Source of the DNA: Bacteroidia bacterium
GTDB lineage: Bacteria > Bacteroidota > Bacteroidia > NS11-12g > UBA9320
Direction of reading: 5' to 3'
Length of the DNA: 64,000 nucleotides
NCBI GenBank assembly: GCA_965216465.1
Contig: CBDCFW010000006.1
Coordinates: forward strand, 448,001-512,000
The notes beneath the pieces are model-generated. The model was not told where the DNA came from, made no database searches, and was given only the letters and a program-made list of their open reading frames with translations. Positions 57,645 through 64,000 of the stretch are shown one piece after another; within the stretch, counting starts at the first letter, position 1, and each line of letters starts with the position of its first letter. A program made the translations under genes and the position numbers.

Positions 57645-60600
57645 ATGACCACTACCCCATTACAGAAGACCCTACAGGGTGCTTCTTTCTACCGAAGAAT
57701 TTTAAATTTTGTTTTACTTGTTTTACTTGCATCAGGTTTTACTAATGCACAAACAACCCTTTTAAGTACCGGTTCTAGCTGGAGTTATTTAGATAATAAC
57801 ACCCGACCATCAAACTGGGAAACATCTGGATTTAACGATGCCTCGTGGAGCACTGGCAACCTTCCAGCTGGTTATGGCACCATAACAGGAGCATCAATTG
57901 CAACAACCATAAGTTATGGACCAAGTTCAACTTCCAAGTACATCACTACCTATTTCAGAAAATCATTCAACAACACCGGAACATTTAGCAGCTTAGATCT
58001 TAGCTTATTATGTGATGATGGTGTGGTGATTTATTTAAACGGAACAGAAGTTTTGCGATATAATATGCCAAGCGGAACGCCAGGGCAAAATACACTCGCA
58101 TCAAGCACGGTGAGCAGCAGTGATGAAGGTGACTACACTACATACAATGTGAGCAGTGCAGCTTTAGTGTCTGGTACAAATGTTATTGCGGTAGAATTGC
58201 ACCAGGCAACTGTAGGAAGCTCAGACCTCGGGTTTGACTTGGGCATTACCGGAAATGTTTCTTCCGGATCTAATACGTTGATTTCATCAGGAGAAAACTG
58301 GAAATACCTCGACAACAATACTCGTCCTACAAATTGGGAGACAAGCTCTTTTAATGATGGTTCTTGGTCGAGTGGAGACCTTACTGCTGGATACGGCACT
58401 ATTACAGGAGGAACTGTGACTACTACAGTTAGTTATGGACCAAGCTCAACTTCTAAATACATCACAACCTACTTTAGAAAGACCTTTAACAATACCGGAA
58501 CGTATACCAGTCTTGACTTAGACCTGTTATGCGACGATGGTGCAGTTGTTTACCTAAACGGTACTGAGGTGATGCGGTACAACATGCCTACAGGCACGGT
58601 TGGCCACAGTACCTTAGCAAACAGTGCGGTCGGAGGCAGCGATGAAGGAGACTTTACAACATATAGCATTAGCAGCTCGGCTTTAGTCTCTGGCACCAAT
58701 GTGCTTGCCGTAGAGATTCATCAGGCAACGGTTTCAAGCACAGATCTTGGATTCGACCTTGAGTTAACAGGCGTCACCTCTGGAGGAGGCGGAGGAGGAA
58801 ATATGCTTTTAAATGCCGGTGCATCTTGGAACTACCTTGACAACAACACAAGACCAACTAATTGGGAAACGACCTCATTTAATGATGGATCTTGGAGTTC
58901 AGGAAACACTCCTGCTGGCTATGGAACCATTGACGGAGCATCGCTAGCTACAACAGTAAGCTATGGTCCTAGCAGTTCTTCAAAGTATACAACTACATAT
59001 TTCAGAACGACATTCAATGCAACTACCACAACTTATGCTGGCGGACTAGATTTTGATCTATTGCATGATGATGGAGTAGTCATCTACCTCAATGGAACAG
59101 AAGTAGTTCGAACCAATATGCCGAGTGGCACCATTGGGCACAATACCTACGCATCAAGTGCTATTGGAGGCACAGCTGAAGGGGATTACACTACGTACAA
59201 TGTGAGCAGTTCGCTATTAAACGTGGGAACCAACACGGTGGCTGTTGAAGTTCACCAAGCCAATGCATCAAGTTCAGATCTTGGTTTTGATTTATCTATT
59301 GAAGGACAGACGACCTTAAACCTAAGCTTAAGAAATGGTCCCTATTTACAAGTTGCGACTCCAACTTCTATCAATGTAAGATGGAGAACAGCTCAAAGTA
59401 CAGATGCTAAAGTGTTCTACGGCACCTCACAAGGAAGTTTAACAAGTTCAGCAACCGATGCCTCATTTGGCACTGAACATGAGGTTTCGCTTTCTGGATT
59501 AAGTCCCGACACGAAGTACTTTTATGCAATAGGAACTACAAATGATGATACGATTCAATCAGGTCCTACTAATTATTTTATTACTCCTCCTACGGTAGGA
59601 ACAGAAAAAGAAACTAGAATTTGGGTTCTTGGAGATTGCGGAATTGCCTTAAATTCTCAAGAGCAATCCAAGAATCAATATTATGCGTACGATGGGAAAT
59701 ACACGGACGCTGTTTTATTGCTAGGCGACAATGCCTATAGCAATGGAACGGATAGTGAGTATGAGACCAAGTTCTTTGAGTATTATGACGACAAGATTTT
59801 AAGACAAAGTCCTTTATGGCCTTCACCAGGAAACCACGACTATGCACAAAGCTCTGCGCGTCAAGATGATAAGAACGTTCCTTACTATGATTTGTTTACG
59901 CTTCCGACCAACGGTGAAGCTGGTGGTGTTGCGTCAGGAACAGAAGCCTTCTATTCCTTTGACCTTGCAAATATTCACTTCCTTTCTTTAGACTCTTATG
60001 GTGAAGAAAGCGACAAAAGAATGTCTGACACTACAGGTGCCCAGGCACAATGGGTTAAACAAGATTTAGCAGCAACCAACCAAACCTGGAAGATTGCTTA
60101 TTGGCACCACCCTCCATACACAATGGGGTCTCACAACTCTGATAATGAAGGAGAATTGGTTGACATCAGAAATGAATTTATTCGAATGATTGAGCAATAT
60201 GATGTTGACTTAATTTTAACTGGCCATAGCCATAACTATGAAAGAACTAAACTGATGCACGGTCACTATGGGTCAGAGTCAACGTACTCTTCAAGCAGCC
60301 ATGATGTTAGTACATCAAGCGGTGAGTATGACGGATCTGCAAACAGCTGCCCATATACTAAAGATAGTGACAATCCTGTAGGGACTGTTTACGTAGTTTC
60401 TGGTTCTGCAGGAAGAGCTACACATACACAAGGTGCTTGGCCGCATGATGCCATGTACACAGCTTACAACATCGCTGGAACATTTGTAATTGATGTTGAA
60501 GGCGGTAGACTAAGTGCTAAATTCTTAGGATATGATGGTGTAGTTCGTGATAGCTTCACCATGTTTAAAGACGTGAATCAAAAGAGCGAATACGACGTTG

Positions 60601-62471
60601 ATGCTGGCGACAGCATTGACTTAACTTCTTCTTGGATAGGCGATTACTCTTGGAATTCTTCTTCTGAAACAACACAAACAATTCGAGTTGATTCTGACTC
60701 TGCAACATATATCGTCACTGACAGTAAAGGATGCCTTGCTGATACTTTCATCGTGAGTACTACAGGTACAGGTGGAGGTCCAACGTGCTCAGATGGAATC
60801 CAAAATGGAAATGAAACAGGCGTTGATTGTGGTGGTCCTGATTGCTCACCATGTCCTACTTGCAACGATGGCATACAAAACGGTAACGAGACAGGTGTTG
60901 ACTGTGGTGGCCCTGACTGCCCTGCTTGCCCTACTTGTTCAGACGGAATCCAGAATGGAAATGAAACTGGAGTAGATTGTGGTGGCCCTGATTGTTCTCC
61001 TTGTCCGACCTGTAACGATGGAGTACAAAACGGTAACGAAACAGGTGTTGACTGTGGAGGGCCTGACTGTCCTGCATGTCCTACCTGTTCAGACGGAATT
61101 CAAAATGGTAGTGAGACAGGTGTTGATTGCGGCGGGCCAGATTGTGCCCCATGTATAACTTGTAACGATGGCATACAAAACGGAAACGAGACAGGTGTTG
61201 ACTGCGGTGGACCGGATTGCCCTGCATGTCCAACTTGCTCAGATGGAATCCAGAATGGAAATGAAACAGGAGTTGATTGTGGTGGACCTGATTGTGCACC
61301 ATGTGTGACGTGTAACGACGGCATCCAAAACGGAAACGAAACGGGAGTTGACTGCGGTGGCCCTGACTGCCCAGCTTGTCCTACTTGTTCAGACGGAATC
61401 CAAAATGGAAATGAAACAGGAGTTGATTGTGGTGGACCGGATTGTTCTCCATGTCCAACGTGCAACGATGGAATTCAAAACGGTAACGAAACAGGTGTTG
61501 ACTGCGGAGGTCCTGATTGTCCTGCCTGCCCTACGTGTTCTGATGGAATTCAAAATGGCAATGAAACTGGAGTGGATTGCGGTGGACCGGATTGTGCGGC
61601 GTGTCCTACTTGCTCTGATGGTGTTCAAAACGGAAATGAAACAGGTGTTGACTGCGGTGGTCCTGACTGTAGCCCATGTGCCTCTGGATGTACTCATACC
61701 TTAATCGACTTCGAAGACTTTGAGTCAGGATGGGGAATCTGGAACGATGGAGGTTCAGATGCAAGACGAAGCAGCAATGACGACAATTATGCAATTGGAA
61801 CCTATTGTATTAGAATAAGGGATAATACCTCGACTTCAGTTATGACTACCGATAATCTGAATTTAAGCAGCTACGACGATGTAGAAGTTAAATTCACTTA
61901 CTACCCTAGAAGCATGGACAATTCAAATGAAGACTTCTGGCTGCAGGTATCAACGGACGGAGGAAGTACCTACACTACAGTTGAGGAATGGAACAGAGGC
62001 GATGAGTTTGAAAATAATATTCGTGAATACGATAGTGTTACCATCAATGGACCATTTACAACAAACACAAGATTTAGATTTAGATGTGATGCTTCAGGAA
62101 ACAACGACCATATTTACATTGATGAGGTAGAAATTGAAGGATGCCAAAACTCAAGTTCATTTGTTGAGCACAATCCTCCTGCTCCATTGCATAACTCTAA
62201 TCTAAGTGGTTATGACAACCAGCTTAATTCAATCAAGTTCTATCCTAACCCATTTGGCGACTTGTTATCGATGGAATTTGAGAATACTTTAGACAGAGAT
62301 TATCACTATACGGTGTATGATGTTCAAGGTAAACAAGTTTTAACCGGTGATTTGATTTCCGGAAACAAAAACTTCAAACTTGACATGAAAGATCTACCAA
62401 TAGGTGTGTATCTGATACGAGTGAACAACGGATCTGATTGGTCGAAAGCCAGTCGAATCATAAAACGATAA
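57645..62471 (+). CDS. T9SS-secreted purple-acid-phosphatase-like metallophosphoesterase with 3 N-terminal jelly-roll repeats and 12 Cys-rich repeats
   Basis: Motifs GDCG, GDNAY, GNHD, WHH, GHSH. Fn3-like module. C-terminal 'FYPNPF…YDVQG…LPIGVYLI'. Confidence 0.9.
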   Translation: MTTTPLQKTLQGASFYRRILNFVLLVLLASGFTNAQTTLLSTGSSWSYLDNNTRPSNWETSGFNDASWSTGNLPAGYGTITGASIATTISYGPSSTSKYITTYFRKSFNNTGTFSSLDLSLLCDDGVVIYLNGTEVLRYNMPSGTPGQNTLASSTVSSSDEGDYTTYNVSSAALVSGTNVIAVELHQATVGSSDLGFDLGITGNVSSGSNTLISSGENWKYLDNNTRPTNWETSSFNDGSWSSGDLTAGYGTITGGTVTTTVSYGPSSTSKYITTYFRKTFNNTGTYTSLDLDLLCDDGAVVYLNGTEVMRYNMPTGTVGHSTLANSAVGGSDEGDFTTYSISSSALVSGTNVLAVEIHQATVSSTDLGFDLELTGVTSGGGGGGNMLLNAGASWNYLDNNTRPTNWETTSFNDGSWSSGNTPAGYGTIDGASLATTVSYGPSSSSKYTTTYFRTTFNATTTTYAGGLDFDLLHDDGVVIYLNGTEVVRTNMPSGTIGHNTYASSAIGGTAEGDYTTYNVSSSLLNVGTNTVAVEVHQANASSSDLGFDLSIEGQTTLNLSLRNGPYLQVATPTSINVRWRTAQSTDAKVFYGTSQGSLTSSATDASFGTEHEVSLSGLSPDTKYFYAIGTTNDDTIQSGPTNYFITPPTVGTEKETRIWVLGDCGIALNSQEQSKNQYYAYDGKYTDAVLLLGDNAYSNGTDSEYETKFFEYYDDKILRQSPLWPSPGNHDYAQSSARQDDKNVPYYDLFTLPTNGEAGGVASGTEAFYSFDLANIHFLSLDSYGEESDKRMSDTTGAQAQWVKQDLAATNQTWKIAYWHHPPYTMGSHNSDNEGELVDIRNEFIRMIEQYDVDLILTGHSHNYERTKLMHGHYGSESTYSSSSHDVSTSSGEYDGSANSCPYTKDSDNPVGTVYVVSGSAGRATHTQGAWPHDAMYTAYNIAGTFVIDVEGGRLSAKFLGYDGVVRDSFTMFKDVNQKSEYDVDAGDSIDLTSSWIGDYSWNSSSETTQTIRVDSDSATYIVTDSKGCLADTFIVSTTGTGGGPTCSDGIQNGNETGVDCGGPDCSPCPTCNDGIQNGNETGVDCGGPDCPACPTCSDGIQNGNETGVDCGGPDCSPCPTCNDGVQNGNETGVDCGGPDCPACPTCSDGIQNGSETGVDCGGPDCAPCITCNDGIQNGNETGVDCGGPDCPACPTCSDGIQNGNETGVDCGGPDCAPCVTCNDGIQNGNETGVDCGGPDCPACPTCSDGIQNGNETGVDCGGPDCSPCPTCNDGIQNGNETGVDCGGPDCPACPTCSDGIQNGNETGVDCGGPDCAACPTCSDGVQNGNETGVDCGGPDCSPCASGCTHTLIDFEDFESGWGIWNDGGSDARRSSNDDNYAIGTYCIRIRDNTSTSVMTTDNLNLSSYDDVEVKFTYYPRSMDNSNEDFWLQVSTDGGSTYTTVEEWNRGDEFENNIREYDSVTINGPFTTNTRFRFRCDASGNNDHIYIDEVEIEGCQNSSSFVEHNPPAPLHNSNLSGYDNQLNSIKFYPNPFGDLLSMEFENTLDRDYHYTVYDVQGKQVLTGDLISGNKNFKLDMKDLPIGVYLIRVNNGSDWSKASRIIKR
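60780..61679 (+). repeat. 12 x 75-bp coding tandem repeat (xTC[S/N]DG[I/V]QNG[N/S]ETGVDCGGPDCxxC)
   Basis: Counted in the translation. DNA units differ mostly at synonymous positions. Confidence 0.95.
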
Positions 62472-62474
62472 ACT

Positions 62475-62505
62475 AAAAAAGGCCGGTAGAACACCGGCCT
62501 TTTTT
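62475..62505. terminator. Bidirectional intrinsic terminator
   Basis: AAAAAAGGCCGGT-AGAAC-ACCGGCCTTTTTT between convergent genes. Confidence 0.92.
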
Positions 62506-62524
62506 ATTTCTTATTGATCTTAAT

Positions 62525-63970
62525 TTAATAGATAACTGTAACTACTCCAGACTTGGTAATTTTTTGTCTGGTTCTAAAGTATACAGTGATGATATAGAAG
62601 TAAGATTCTTGCTCAACTAAAAGAGAATCATATAATCCATCCCAATGAACTTCTTGTCCGTTTTCTTCATAAATTACTTGACCAAAACGATTGAATATCT
62701 GCATGTTAACGCTTGTTATATCACAATTATAGACCGGCACAAAAACATCGTTTCTGTTGTCATTATTTGGAGTAAAAGCCGAAGGTACGAAGTAATTGCA
62801 ATTGCAATCCGAAACTTCAACTAAGGCCGTGTCTGCACTAAACCCACATTGATTCTGAAGATGCACCCAGTAAAGTCCAGAATCTGAAAAACGATTGATA
62901 AATTCATTGCTTCCATCGTTCCAAAGAACATTTAAGTCATCGCCTTCTACCTTAAAATAACTATCCGCTCCCTCACAGAGTAATACATCCTCTCCAAGAT
63001 TAGCTTCTGGTGCTCGAATCTGGCGAAGATTTACCTCTTCTCGCACGGTACATCCCTCTTTGCTTAAATCGACCCACTTATTGCCTCCTTCGATGAACCT
63101 TCCAATGCTATCATTCGATCCATTGAACCAATTGTATTGCATTCCTGAATAGCTCATTTTACGAACAACGGTATCTCCTAAACAAAATGTAGTATCATTC
63201 CCTAGGGGATTGAATGGAAAATCTACCTTTCCTATAACAACCGTATCGCGATCATAAAAACACGGTGTTTCTATGCGAACAAAATACACACCAGGTTGAT
63301 CGACTTGAAGAACGCTATCTTCACTTCCGTCTGACCACTCATAGGTAGCATCAAGCGTTGAGGCGTTTAATGTAATAGGCTCATCAGGACACAACTTTTG
63401 ATCCGGTCCTAAATTCACCGTTGGGGTGTCGCAAGGAAACGGCTCCAATATGAATCGCAGTTTTCCATAGTCATCAGAATTCTCAGCGCTCTTTTGCCTT
63501 ACTCCTATACGACTACTTCCTGCACCGGTTATTTCGTAGTTATAAACGTGATTTGCCTGAAAGCTCTCTTTATTTACCGGATGAAACCAGGTCTTTCCTT
63601 CGTCAAGGCTAATTTCAAATCGAGTAGTTCGTTCAGGTAAAGTTTTGCCGCTGCAATACGAACTATTTGGAAGGGCAAAGGTGTATTCAAAATCGTAGCC
63701 TACAGTACCTGTTTGAGCTCCATTCTTTGAATGATATCGAGCATCGGTTTCGGGTTTACCACAAGGGTCAGTCCAAAAAGAAGGTGCCCATATACTGTAG
63801 GTTCCTTCAACTATGAGGTTGTATTTCTTGCCTTTGTTGGCAACAAAACCGTACCAATATTCTTGAATCTGGGTATCGTCGGCGTTCTGAGTGTCAAAGT
63901 AAAATTCTGTTTGTGCCGTACTTGCAAGTACCGCCAAAACAGCAATTAAAGACCCCAAAATTCGCTTCAT
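62525..63970 (-). CDS. T9SS type B CTD protein with Ig-like repeats
   Basis: Signal peptide, repeated 'LG.D..LC…Y.W.DGS' units, 'FVPSAFTPNNDNRNDVF…IFNRFG…WDG'. Confidence 0.9.
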   Translation of the reverse strand: MKRILGSLIAVLAVLASTAQTEFYFDTQNADDTQIQEYWYGFVANKGKKYNLIVEGTYSIWAPSFWTDPCGKPETDARYHSKNGAQTGTVGYDFEYTFALPNSSYCSGKTLPERTTRFEISLDEGKTWFHPVNKESFQANHVYNYEITGAGSSRIGVRQKSAENSDDYGKLRFILEPFPCDTPTVNLGPDQKLCPDEPITLNASTLDATYEWSDGSEDSVLQVDQPGVYFVRIETPCFYDRDTVVIGKVDFPFNPLGNDTTFCLGDTVVRKMSYSGMQYNWFNGSNDSIGRFIEGGNKWVDLSKEGCTVREEVNLRQIRAPEANLGEDVLLCEGADSYFKVEGDDLNVLWNDGSNEFINRFSDSGLYWVHLQNQCGFSADTALVEVSDCNCNYFVPSAFTPNNDNRNDVFVPVYNCDITSVNMQIFNRFGQVIYEENGQEVHWDGLYDSLLVEQESYFYIITVYFRTRQKITKSGVVTVIY

Positions 63971-64000
63971 CGAAAAACAAAGTTACTTCTTCATATCCAA

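Noticed and set aside
60780-61679. Regular repeat array considered as CRISPR
   Set aside because: Units are contiguous in-frame 75-bp coding repeats with no unique spacers, and there are no cas genes.
60644-61794. Several alternative-frame and antisense ORFs over the Cys-rich repeat
   Set aside because: They are shadows of the repetitive coding sequence.

Overview
Bacteroidota-type chromosome segment, judged from TAnnTTTG promoters, T9SS cargo proteins and the tmRNA tag GDNNFAMAA. It has three parts. (1) 1-7.2 kb: an RNA-repair/ribosome-stress neighbourhood with SPFH/slipin, RtcB and an RlaP-type nucleotidyltransferase. It also holds an unknown small gene behind what looks like a leader-peptide transcription attenuator, a J-domain protein and a Zeta-like kinase pair. 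(2) About 7.2-37.9 kb: a roughly 30.7-kb AT-rich island inserted at the 3' end of ssrA (tmRNA). It is bounded by a 15/16-bp direct repeat and has no recognisable integrase. It carries a PIN + HerA-like pair and an ABC-ATPase/HEPN-like gene, both cut by one IS3 lacking a target duplication. Other cargo is a C-protein-like XRE with an RNase H-like gene, a RadC/DUF3871/AAA/SSB-like backbone split by large T9SS genes, a GNAT + HNH pair, and a type I R-M operon with an inserted Mrr-like nuclease. (3) 37.9-64 kb: core genome with ssrA, thiol-redox proteins, comM/yifB, ArsR-SRPBCC, TonB, a LytTR/LytS-type two-component system led by a minimal T9SS-secreted protein, feoAB, fused BCKDH E1, pabA/trpG, CBS, Omp85, nadK and a T9SS purple-acid-phosphatase with 12 Cys-rich repeats. 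The best candidates for undescribed biology are the leader-peptide attenuator next to the RtcB locus, the candidate defence pairs in the ssrA island, and the T9SS-protein/LytTR circuit. All family calls come from motif recognition by eye; no database searches were run.
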